Shown here: piece by piece, positions 10,901 through 22,900 of the stretch | Numbering within the stretch: the stretch's first letter is position 1 | How the letters are laid out: the number at the start of each line of letters is the position of its first letter | NCBI GenBank assembly: GCA_000934665.2 | Contig: JYFJ02003077.1 | Span: 1 to 46,586 of the forward strand | DNA length: 46,586 nucleotides | Source of the DNA: Catajapyx aquilonaris | Taxonomy: Eukaryota | Direction of reading: 5' to 3' | The notes under the pieces: model-generated | Seen by the model: only the letters and a program-made list of their open reading frames with translations | Database searches by the model: none | Told to the model about the DNA's origin: nothing | Program-made: the position numbers and the translations under genes

Positions 10901-12850
10901 CTTCCCCAAAGGAGCCATAAAATGACTCTTCCTTCGTCTTCTGCCTAATCTGCCTCCTACGAGTCTTTCAGCATCAAGTTAGGTTACTAGATCTGGTCCT
11001 GATACGTCTAGGGGTGCACGCGATTTATGCGCCCTCTTGCAACGGCGTGGGTGGGAAGTAACGAGACGCGGCCATCTTCTTCCGCGTTGGCGTGTCTGGG
11101 ATGGTATCCGGAAGCAGCGTCGGATACTAATTGCGAGGCTATCTGTCCGAATCGCATCGTGGGGTCTCTGTACTAGCAGAAGGCGGATTCTGGCTGCTGC
11201 TCATGCCTGCAACCAGTCGGCGGCGGCGGACTTTCCGGGTTGCTACGGATATAGTCTTATCTGCAAGAATGGTGGGCTCCAGGGTACATTTTCAGTGGAA
11301 GTTGCTGGAAGTTTGTGTAGATGCTGGTTATGTGAATGTGTGACTAGCATGGGTCATGAGGTGTGAAAATTATGATATGATGTGGCCAATGGTGTGGAGC
11401 CCCAATTCCCATCATTCTAGGTCTTCCATCAGCCTCTAAATCCTTATGAAATACACGTCCACTGCCCATCTGAATGCTGGTCATTCACCACTGCAGCACC
11501 TCATTTTCTGGAGGGATTCCAGTATTCGTGGGTGTGGAAGGAGCGAGGAACAAGCCTCATCAAATCACTGGGAAAGGATCGTGGAATCTAAGGATTGTCG
11601 AAATGTGTGGGAGGTGGCCGTCGGTTGTGGAGATGGTTGGGAATCCCAGAGTTTTTTGGTCAAGGAAAGAACGGGAGAGAGAAAAATAGGTTCATGCCAA
11701 GTGGGTCTCATTTGGAGACGAAGACTTGAGGTAGGGGTAGGTCGGTTGGGGGGGGGGGGGGTTGGAGGCTGCAGCACTGGCGCTTCATTTCCTGTCGGCC
11801 TCCGGTCCGGAAGGTGCGCCCAACGCCTTTTTCGCTTTTTCTTCCTCCGCACCTCCATATAATACAGGCCATAAAAAAAGAAGCCTTCTCCCAGCAGCTC
11901 TATGGTGCCTCCTATATTTCATTTTGCCCGGAACAGGGTTATACCACTCGTGGAACCAGGGTTACATCTCCACTGCGACAAGTGCCGATATTCTGCAGCC
12001 ATTTCATAAAGGAGGATTTATGTCGTTAAATGCTGCGAGGCGATACGCCAAGGGGTTACTTATGGGGGGGATCTAGGTTGAAAGTAGACTCAGCAGTTCT
12101 ACACGTCGTTAGTGCTGTGTATTCATCCCGTTAAACTCTGACAGAACATAACGTTGTCGATAAATATTGCCAACTTTATTCGATAGTTATCAGTCGACAG
12201 TGCCACACGAATGCCTCGAAAAGTAGGGTATTAAATACTCTAATATGCAAGTTGAATATGAAGGACGTTGAGGTAGATCTTGTCAGCTTAGCCACACCAA
12301 ACGGCTGGCGTAACTACATGGCAGAATGTATATTACGTAGGAATTACTCACGTAATCCACACGCAATGTTCCCCCCCTCGTGCTTTTCAAGCCAGCGCGT
12401 GTGTTGGGTCGAATTCAGACCACGCCGATTTGTACGTTTCACTAAAGAGGGTGCGCATTAGCTGAAAAATTGCCCAGTTTCTCGAGTGTGTACTATGCAA
12501 TTAGGTGGGGGTAAAAAACTGTGACTCATCCTGTGTACCGTTTTTCTTCAAATGACAGGCCAATATTACAATGGCACTTGTAAGGAGGGTCAAGGCACGG
12601 CTCTGTGCAAAAGAATGTGGGTAGTGCAAAAAGGGGAAATGGGCAATTCCGGACACACCTCACTTGTGCGCATCGTCACCACCACTTCGCCAAGTTTCAA
12701 TCCTTGTCCTGCAGCCTGATTGAACAAAGGCCTGATGGCACTTTGTGGATTGGCAATCGATCAAGTATGTGGAGACTTCGGAATTTCAGTTCACTTTGCA
12801 CCGTCCCTTTCCATATCCGTCACTAAGATGACAAAGACATATTTATATGC

Positions 12851-12916
12851 CGGGCCAATATTCCCGGGGCCAAAAGTCCGGGGGCGAAACGGCGGGGGCG
12901 AAAAGTCCGGATACCC
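12851..12916. mobile_element. DNA-transposon-like terminus made of ~13-15 bp GC-rich subterminal repeats
   Basis: Four variants of GGGGC(G/C)AAAAGTCC in tandem, ending in GGATACCC. No clear matching left end. Confidence 0.45.
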
Positions 12917-15900
12917 ACATCATTTTTGTGCTTAAGTCGTTATTATTATTATTTTCTTTAATTTTTTTTTACTATGTCCCCCAGATGTCCTAGCAGATGA
13001 ACAGCCATTTATTGGTGCACAGCAGGTACTAAGTACGGATGCAGCAGTTGCAGCGTGTGTAACCGTGTTGATGCCAACTCGTGTTGCTAAACAGCCTCTT
13101 GCGTGCAGGTCTCCAGCCATGCGTGTACCTCGGACGCGGGTGAGATAACCGCACTAGTACTGGGGACCTGCAGGCAAAAAAAATGTTTCATTTCGACAGC
13201 TGAGTACAAGTGAGTTTGGGGAGTTACGAGGCTGTGCTGGGCCCCAAATCAGGTGCCACACACAGGACCGGTGGGAATGCTGTACTTGCCCATTGCAGGA
13301 AGTCACTCTGGCAAAGTACCTTCAAAAAATCTGGATGGAATATTAATGAGATTGTTTATTACGTAAAAACCCGTTAAAACTAGTTTTTGGTCGAGTTTGT
13401 ATTTAAAACGAAGATGCGGCCACGTTATTAGTCCTTATTTGTGTACATTCAAGGAGAGGGTATATAAGAAGCGCGCATCAGTGGCCTTTAATAAGGTCCT
13501 TGACCGTGTTTAAATATAAGGAGGCTGTTTGTATAGCAAGGTCACGTGCCTGGATGTCCATCATGAATATTCATGGTCGGCAGGTTGTTTTTTTTCTTTG
13601 ACGTACCCTGTACAAGAACCTTGATAAAGTTAGGGCTGGTTTTATATGAAACTATTGGTGTTTGAAGTTTGCTTATTCAATTGCAAAGAAACCTTTGGAC
13701 TCTTAGAGTAAAGAAAATTGCACGATATCAAAAGTATGTGCAAATACAAATGTTTGTCTGGTGCGCGCACTTTTCCTAAATGGGAGGGTTTACATTTCTG
13801 AACGCGTTATTGAACTCGTTCCAAATCGGTTTCCATATTGCGCACGAAATGTGCGGTAATTCGGTAATAAATTACTAGTTACAAAGGGGACCATTAACAT
13901 GGGTATATATCATCGCGGAAATCGACAATGAGTGAAATAGATTCGGCAGCGTTGAAACTGAACACCTGGCTTTTATGTGCACTGATGACACTACTTTGCA
14001 CAAAGCCGAATCTGGAACAATTTCGCCAGCATAGCATGAAAACTCGGGCATTTTACAACACGTAAATGGACTTTAAAAAAAAAGAGGAAGGAAACACTCG
14101 AAAAAAAAAGTTTGGGGACTAAATTCTTGTCGCCAAGCACGTTAAGGCTGCGGGAGGCAACAAAAAAATAAAGGCAAACCGGGATTGAATTGCACAAATT
14201 GCAGTGCTAATTTTGGCGAGTCCGCCGCCATTGGGGGGGGGGGGTGTCTCATTCTTTGAAACTAGTTTGCGTGATAGGCGTTTTAGTGGTTGTTCCACAT
14301 ACCAAAGAGTGAAGCGATAAAACGGGAATCAGTGCGGTGGTCTGGCGGCGACCAATCGGTCACTTCAGCGGATCCAAAGATCCTCTGTCGAAAGTGAAAG
14401 GGTGAAAGGATCTGGAGGGTACAGGGACCTTTAAAAATGTACTTACAAAATTTGGTATGCAAAGTTCATTTTCAAATGGAAATGTGCAGATGCTCGTAAA
14501 AATTCATGGATTCAAAAGTTACGTTTTTGCTATGTAATTTTGTGAGTCCAACCCATTGCTTTTGCGTGAATATTAGAATTTATAGATGCCCCGCCATCTC
14601 AGTGCCATTATTTCTTGTTTGGTTTGAGAGCCGTTTGCAGTGTCCTCAATTTATTGGTAGCCTTCGAACTTACGGACCATATTTAGTGATGTGTGAGTCT
14701 GCTGGCAATTTGGAGAGTAACTTCAATGCCAGTGTCCTAGAATTGGTTCATTAATTCATTACACAGTGATGTGTTACAGTATGTTTTGCGTGCTAGGTAT
14801 TTTAAATATCACTTTAAAGTGGGCGTACCCATTTCGTATTGTACGTGTTTGCTGCTATTAGTTGCTTTCTTTTTATTCGAATTGATAATATTACTTCACT
14901 TTGATCGAACTGTTGGTCCACAGTGTCAGCAAAATGGACTTCCTGCCTTTCAAAACCATTCATTTCCATTCAGATTATAGCCTAGTCATTGATCACAACA
15001 AAAGTCATTGTTGACTCCGCCTGACTCATGCAAAGTGACCGGCCCAACCTGATTCCTTGCTCGCAACACAGATTATTTCATTGGTGTCAGAAGTAGAAAG
15101 TTTCATAATCGCTTGGGTGTGGTGCTCTCTTGATTGCGAAACAGGCGATGGGAAACATGGACCGTAATGCAGAAAAAAAAAGAGAAGCGGATATGTGCAG
15201 ATGCACTTGACCTTGACCAGCCAAGGTGAGAGGGTGTGGCTGCTTCTCCAACACATTCATGTTACCCGTCAATGAACTTTATGCAAATGATAGCCCTTAA
15301 TTCGAAGTTGACCGACACTAAATACAGGGACGGCGAAATGTTCGGCCTGCAGTTGCCAATATTATGTAAACGATTCGATCGAATTTTTTTTTTGTCGAGA
15401 TGAACACGTGATGCAGACCGCACTCTAATATTCGGGATGGAATCTCTTTGAAGAGTTTTATTTCAATGAATCATTGCGCGTTTTTTTTTGAACGAGCGAA
15501 ATAATTGCGTGCATTTACCTAATTGAAACTTTGACTGCCAAGAGCGATGAATTGGATTCAAAATATTGATCATTTGTTATGCAGCAGCATTTATGACATT
15601 GAGCTATATGCAAATGCTGTAACTACATTTACTAGCTATCTGCTGGTTATAAATACGTAATTATTCCGCTGCTTGTTATTGGATGACTTTTTCGAAATAT
15701 GTTTGACAGCATTGTATTGCTGTCACTTTGGTCGCAGCTCTATAGCTCAGTAATGCTCTTAGTATATCCCATGACCGTAATGAGCTCGTTGAAATCGGCG
15801 CCTTCGCTGCATATTGCATCAAAATTTGGTAAGGTTAAACCATAACAAAGGATCGTTAACGCAGGATGTTAGCCTCGAATACTTGCAAAGGACATGCCAT

Positions 15901-16834
15901 TTTATGGAGGAAACGCTATCCATTTTCTTGGCAGCCACCCCCTCGCAACAATTACAATACAAACGATGTCCTAAGCCTGTCATTAAGGAATCCACTCTGC
16001 GACACTTCCCTTCATCTTAGGGGCCTGAAATGGACTTCCACCTGCACATGATCCATCTCCTTGTAAATGACGACTTGGTCCTACTTTACCTATACACACA
16101 CCGTAACTGTACACGAGTAAGGAATTGAGCTGCAAGTGTAGCAAGGCTCGTTACGTAGCGCGCTATTTGCAGCTGGTGTTGAGCACGTTAACTCGAACTT
16201 CATTTGCTTTGATGGAGCAATTTATCCTGGTGGGGATAGGTAGGGTGGTGCAGCTCCAATCCCTGGGACTGGCTCGTGTATAGCTAAACCGGGGGTCCCA
16301 ATAAGATAGGGGACTATACGAAGCATTTGCCTTCCTTTTCGTCTCTTTTCCTTTGGCTTTCCTTTGATGGTCCGTTGCTTGGTGAGTCTGTGCAGTTGAT
16401 GCCGAAACTTCCCTTTCCACCCCCATCTTTTTTTTTTTTTTGTGGACGGATCTAATTGAAATATTGGGCGAATTCATTTCCTTGGTATCCATCCCTCCAG
16501 GCTATCTCAAGGGAATCGGTTCACTTTGTCAACAGCATATCTCGCTTTTTCTTTCCGATGGAGATGCTCTTCCCCCTTTTCTATATTCGACCATCTTGGA
16601 AAAAAAAGGAAACTTGGAAAATAAAAAAAGTAAAGTATAGCGACAAGGTGGAGGGCTTGAGTGCATTTTTTTGTGTTATGATATGGGCAGGGAAAAGAGG
16701 CTTTGGATGCGTTTTAGGCATATGCTTTCTTGTTTGATATAACCTTGTTTTCAGATAGGGGTAACGCAGCTGGATTATTTTCAAACACGTTTTACTGCAT
16801 AAGAACAATATTTTTACTCCTCAAAATGATGTAC

Positions 16835-16908
16835 GTACAAGTAACAACAAACATTACATTTTCCTATAGGTGTTTATAGGGAAATGCAATGTTTGTTATT
16901 GCTAGTAC
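16835..16908. repeat. 74-bp imperfect palindrome (34-bp arms, 6-nt loop)
   Basis: GTACAAGTAACAACAAACATTACATTTTCCTATA / TATAGGGAAATGCAATGTTTGTTATTGCTAGTAC, with 29 of 34 positions Watson-Crick paired. Confidence 0.85.
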
Positions 16909-18749
16909 AATTTGAGTATTCGCTGAAAGTATGAAAATATCCGCCGTATGTGTCACACCAATACCATTTGAAAATAGGCTAATTAGCAGATATTCAGTCC
17001 ATCCAACAGACAAGTGTCACGTTTTGCACGTCGGAAAAGCGACAGCCTTTTTTGCAAATGAGATATACGAGTATAGCTCTGACGTTGCCATGCGGAGATA
17101 AAAGCCCGCTGTATTTAATTTTATAGAAAATAAAAGCGTTAATTTGCTGACATTGCTCGTTCAAACGTTCAAATATTAATTACGAATCATTTGACGCTGA
17201 TTCATTCTGATGCATTTATGATTTGCAGCTCCGCACCACAACAAAACAGCGTTGCATTAGGTTTGGTTTCTACAAAGCTCATTTTGGGCACCATAATAAT
17301 GACATCTGGATGTGTTTTTTTTCAAATGGTGTAAATAGTGTAACTATAGGAAGAGCTATAGAGCTGTTGATTCTTGTCCACAGTCCTGAATCGATACACA
17401 GAGAGAGTGGGTGGTTGTGTCTGTTTGAAACGCGTTCAGAATCAGCTGCGAGATACCATTTGAAGCCATTGTAGTGGAAGTGATCAGAGCCGGTTGTTTT
17501 CATGAGGCCAGGGGAACTGCATGTGTGTGGGCAGCGATGTGAACCGAGCTGATAGTGCACGTGCATTTTATGATGGAAACCGAATAACGGTTGGAGAGAG
17601 TTCCCTGCTCCCTAGCTGCCGATGATGGGAACATTCCGCCCTTTCTTCTGACCCGAATATTTCCTCGTGGTCTACCTGTAATTGCCAAGGGTGGTCGGAT
17701 GAAAAAAAAGTACGGTTACAAACGATGGCCAATTTGCAACAGTGTTGAATTAACAGTGTATGCACGAATTGAAACCAAAATATATACATACAATAATTAA
17801 TTCCATGGATGGTCAAGCACACAGTGACATTCCTGCGGAGTGTCTCACAAATAGCCTTATATCGTGGACTGTAAATTACAAAGAAATGTTTGCAATTCCG
17901 GCTTCCTCTTGAGAATAATGATCTGCAAGGAACATTCGGTTGGGCAGATTGCGTAGATTATACTGTCAGCGAGAGTCACTCTGCGTAAAGATGTGCTGGG
18001 CAAGGAGTCCATGAAATTATTTTCCTCTCAGGAGAAGGGAAGAAGAAGAAGAAGAAAACACTCTCTCTTTTTTCTTCTGCTACGAGGAAATGAGAGAGAA
18101 AGCGCGAGGGAAAGAACTCTATTCGTTACGAGCTCTTCGTGCTGCAATAATTTTTGGCCGTATAATATAGGGTTCAATTGCTGCATAACCTAACTCGTCG
18201 TCTTGGCAAGTCACTTCGAAGTTTTAATTAAGAGTGAGGTTGAGAAAGTCCCCCCCCCCCCTTTTCTTGAAACTAATCAATATTGGGATATGCCTCGGTA
18301 ATGAGGGGATATTGGATACCAAGGTGATGTAAGACGGTGAGATTGACTCGTGCGAAAAATTATGGCGCATCGAGGAACTTTTCTGCGAAAGCAATTCCAC
18401 CTTACAGAAGGCGAAAGTCAGGGGAAAGTAATGCGCCGTTTTGATTAATACTTGTCAGTTTTCAGGATTTGTACGAATTCACTACTGTATACATATAAGA
18501 ACTATATTGCGTATTTCTGATTTATGATGAACATATGCATTCTGTACAGTAGCAGAGTTTAATACTATTTGGAACTAAAACGATTTCATTTAAGATAAAG
18601 TAAGGAAATGACAACTTCTCTAGTTCCGTAACTGGCTTATCAGCGACAGATGAAAAATCTTTATCGCAGCATTAATTAAAAATATGCGGAGCCATAAATC
18701 ATGTTTACCCCTCCTAGATATTGCAGATAACAAGTGTGATTCATTTCAG

Positions 18750-18800
18750 AGGTCTGACATCATTTTATTGGTGTCCTACCTGCTCCAGGTGATGTAGCTG
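18750..18800 (+). other. Candidate small exon (51 nt, or a 12-nt version at 18789-18800)
   Basis: Acceptors TTCATTTCAG (ending 18749) and CCTGCTCCAG (ending 18788), with donor CTG|GTGAGT at 18801. The 51-nt version has stops in all three frames, so it would be UTR. Confidence 0.35.
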
Positions 18801-19876
18801 GTGAGTTATGTGAGGACACCTGGTAAGAAATTGGTGACCTTCTGTGAAGAAAACAACAGTACATTTTTTAAATCTCCAAATGACATCACCGTTGTGTCAT
18901 TACAAATCAAGTTACAATAACAATCGTATATTTGCATTAGGTCTATAAAAATTGCACATATATGCATTATGTGTACTGAATACTGTATTTAATGGATTTT
19001 TTTTTATTCGCGGGAAAGCACTTGCTTTAAAATCACTGCCGGCAAATCCCTGACCCTAATGCCCCCGAAAAATCAGTTGGGATAATTTCTCTGGAGGATC
19101 GGAGGCGAGTTAGGGTATAGTTTTTTGACTATAATCGGCTCAAAAAAATTGGACTGAACACTAGGATGCAGCCCGGAGGCCCTGATATTGTAGCTTGGGC
19201 AATGCGTCAAGCTCCGAAGCACCCCCGCCGCATAATGCGCGGTTTACAACGGGAAAACCACATTTCGTTAGCAATCGCTGATTATGAACTGTCCTACCCA
19301 AAATCGAGCAGGCTTGCAACCAGTAATCCTCCGGGAACAGGTTTAACACGCGATTTTTCCACCTGACCATATCGATTGCGGTCATCGTTTGTGCTGTCTG
19401 CTATACTGTGTGTGTGTGTTTTTTTTTGTATCTTTTCAAAGTTCTAGTGCCCCACTCTTCTGTGTTTGTACTAGTCTTTCCCGTAATTAACATGACACTT
19501 GTTTGTACACATTCAGAGCCGTTTGTAGGAGCATTTGTGGGGGGGTTTCCAGGCTTGCCATGGAAAACAGCAATAAATTAAAGGGGGACAGGTTCTAACA
19601 ATGGAGGTGACCAACCTTGTGTCCTTATGTTACAATGACCTCTGTCTGAAAAATGTAAGAGATGAGCATCAGATGGGCTATTAATTAGAATTTATACCTC
19701 GTAAGTAGCTTAAATCGTATGCTTTGTCGTGAAATTAATTCGCCTTTCATCCCACTGCAGTTTTTGTTGAGGCCTTTTTGGAAGTGTGCAAATAAGAGCG
19801 AGTTTCAAGCCCTTCGGGGCATTTTGCTCAACTTTTCGATGGGGGNATTGTGACCAACCAAGCTCATCATTTTCTA

Positions 19877-19931
19877 CGACTTATAGAGAACTTTGACTTA
19901 GGGAAGTTCGACTTATAGAAGTTTTACTGTA
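19877..19931 (-). mobile_element. Solo terminus of a Tc1/mariner-pogo type MITE
   Basis: Reverse complement reads TA-CAGTAAAACTTCTATAAGTCGAACTTCCCTAAGTCAAAGTTCTCTATAAGTCG, i.e. a TA site, a CAGT terminus and three TAAGTC subterminal repeats. No partner terminus was seen. Confidence 0.55.
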
Positions 19932-22900
19932 CTTTTAAAGGAGAGCGGGGAGAGGGTGGGGGGGGGGGGGGGGGCAGCAAAGAGAGGTAAAAAGGATAAA
20001 AGAAGGGGGTAAAATTTAGGGCGAGTCTGTAATCAATATAAATTATGAGAAAAGTTTTGGGGCGCGGATATGCTTTAGGGAAAGTGAAGTTTTGCCTGAA
20101 TGGAAAGTTGGGTTGAAATGGCAGCAGACGCGTTGTGGATTGAAACCCTTCAGCCCTTGTATTCGTCCTCTGACCGTCATGTAACCCGTAAAAAAGTCAG
20201 TTCATAAAGTATAGGAATGAGTCAGTGTTCTGTAGATATAAGTTGTACAGAAACGTGTACAGGAACGGCAGCCAAAGTTTTAATGATATAAGTTACTGTA
20301 TAGTTTTAGAGAACTCACCTGTCACTATTCAGTGAGAAATGTCTACGTTTTTACAATTGCGAACATAAGCTGCTTATAACTTGCTATGGAGAAGGCAGGT
20401 TGTCTCATACATTGTCCACACTGTACAGTACTAATATATTCCGACGTGGGCTGTGGTGTACCAGAACCATGTACTTGGTTTTAAAATGAGTTAAATTCGT
20501 CAGTTTGTTGAAATAACCTAGGAGCACTTGAGCATGATGAGATTAGAGGCCACTCTAAGAAACCACTGAGGGAGAGAGAACTGGGAACAACTATTTACGA
20601 CAACTCCGGCCCCTGATATTCAAGTGATGATGGGTAATATACAAATTAGCTGGCTAATCAAGTGATTCTCTTGTACACAGGAGTTTCCTAAATCATTATG
20701 AAACACCCTCTATGTAACTTACATCATCCTGATTACATGCAGGCTATACCTTTAGCTTCGGTTGTGTACGTAGTGTCCAGTGTGTTTACACATCCATAGG
20801 ACGTGGCTATATGCAAGTTTCTAAACCCAGCCAACATCCGGAACAAAATGGTTCGGCTGTTACCAAGGAGGAAAATAAAGCTCCAGTTTTTTTGTGCATG
20901 CTTCTGTGTGTATACTTCCCCTCCCGACACTTTGAACATACCGCAAAAAGATACAATCATGCAGCCGATTTGAGGTGAAATCCGCGCGATTTGGGAAGTA
21001 GGATGGGGCCCCGGAGCTCATAAATTCGCGGCATAGGAGTAGTGGTCCACGGCTTATTACGGCGACTCATGGAAAAATTCCCCGGAGAATAGCTTTATCT
21101 GGAAGGTTGCCACTTTGAGCCAGTCGGTGAACAAGTTGGGGGAATCCTCCATGGGGGGAAAAGCCACTCTGGATGCTGCTGGTCTGACTGCGTGGACAGC
21201 ACAAAAGAGTTAGACTGTGTGTGTGTGTTGCAGCATATATACGGAGCCTGGAGGCAGGGACATTTTAGCACAAACAGTTCAGCAGGGTATATAGGGAAGG
21301 GGAAAAAAAGCTTGCATCGTATGCAGCTGTTTCGCATAATTTCAGACAAGAGACCTTTGCATGGAACCATTGTTTCTTTCCTGGAAATGTTACGACATAA
21401 TGCAGTGGTCTATAGCTTGACTTGGCACGCCACTTTGGTTTTCGACACCCTCATCCGAAAGCAGATTACTGCGGCAAAAATACTGACCAGATGCCGAATT
21501 GTGGGTCTGAAAAAGAGGGTGGCCTAATGGTGTACAGTATGAAATAAAATGGCGGGCGCCTCTAAATGAGAGGCGTGATGAATGAAGGAATTAGTTCAGC
21601 GAGGCCCCCCCTTTTTCTACCCCCATCATTCTACAGGCTCGATCCATCAGGAACTAGGGGTAAAAAAGGCCCAGGCTACTAAATTATTTTGGCTCGCAGC
21701 AGCTGCACCATCAGGGCCAGACAAGAGATTTGTTTTTTTCCAGCATCCCCACACGTCCCTTTTACGCCTAACCCCATTTTTTGGATGGAACGGTGTTGGG
21801 GGGGTTTCCCATTGCGCTCAACATTTAGCAGGGAACTGGATTTTTCGCGATTGCGACAGTTAATGCAAACGGGCTACATGCTTTGCGTTTAGGGGGCGTG
21901 AAACCCGGGTTGTCAGGTAAGCTGGGTGTAGCATGTGGAACGTGATGGTGGACGGTCCTTTTTTTTCGTATTGTTCGATCAGTAGACAAAAATGGTGCAT
22001 TTTATATTTTTTTCCCCATGAGCAATTTTCTATATAATAATTTGGAACTGATTTGAATATGATTCAAACAATATTTTTTTTGTTCACCAATCAAATAAGT
22101 CAGGGTCGAAAGTGGCCATTTATTAGCCGCCGCCTTTCCTTTTTTGGCGTTCAGGGATGGTCTCTCTTAAGTGCTGCAGGAGTTGGCGACAAATGGAGCA
22201 AAGTTGGGTGGGGAATGTTAGGGGACGTGGCCATTGCCATGTGGATAGTGGCTGGGTTTACGATGCGGACCATCTCTCCTGTCCAATTCCCTACTCGTTG
22301 CCCTTTTTACAACTTTATCACTCTTGATGCAGAGTTTGAGTCCTGGCTTGATGCCGCAGCAGCATTCCTTTTTGGCCATCAGTCTACTCTGTTGTCAGAA
22401 CGAATTGTGTCTCATAAAAGTTACCCACAACAACATATTTTAATCAGAGGGCTTCTTCTTTTATGACGGGGGCATGGTCGAGGTCATTTCTGGGTACACG
22501 CAACAGACATGTATATTTCAAAGTTTGGGCGTTTTTTTTAAGGAGTGCGAAATTGGGTGGTTGAAGCTGGACTGCCTTTATTGGGCTGTAAAGTAATGCG
22601 GAATTATGAATAATGCAGTGTTGGGTGGTTTATTAATTTTTGGGGGCCAGTTTCGTGAGTCAGCACAATTGCATATGTAGTTTTATTGCAGGTTGGCATA
22701 TGCCATTCTGCGCGATAAGTTCAGTTGTGGTAGTAATACGAAGAAGTTGCAGATTGTGGGAGTAATTAATGGGGGTGGTGTCTGTGGATGTACCGAGAGG
22801 AAATTGGGTTTCTCGACCTGAATTTTTGAGTGCTTTTTGCATAACAAAATATGCCAAAAAACGGTGGGAACAGCGCAGCGTCCTCTGTAATTTAATTTTA

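Noticed and set aside
10978..10986. Minus-strand TAACCTAAC next to the hairpin chain as a telomerase RNA template for TTAGG
   Set aside because: A 9-mer is expected by chance in this window. The G-U pairs favour the opposite strand, and no pseudoknot was recognisable.
6635..20318. Strong minus-strand donor-like sites (GTGAGT at ~6640 and ~20318)
   Set aside because: No matching acceptor or exon could be assembled. They show the background rate of chance splice motifs.
20534..20616. C/D box snoRNA-like layout (ATGATGA ... CTGA ... CTGA) with CTCTAAGAA complementary to a conserved 18S segment
   Set aside because: Complementarity is only 9 nt, is offset from the D' box and is sequestered in a local hairpin. 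The terminal stem is poor.
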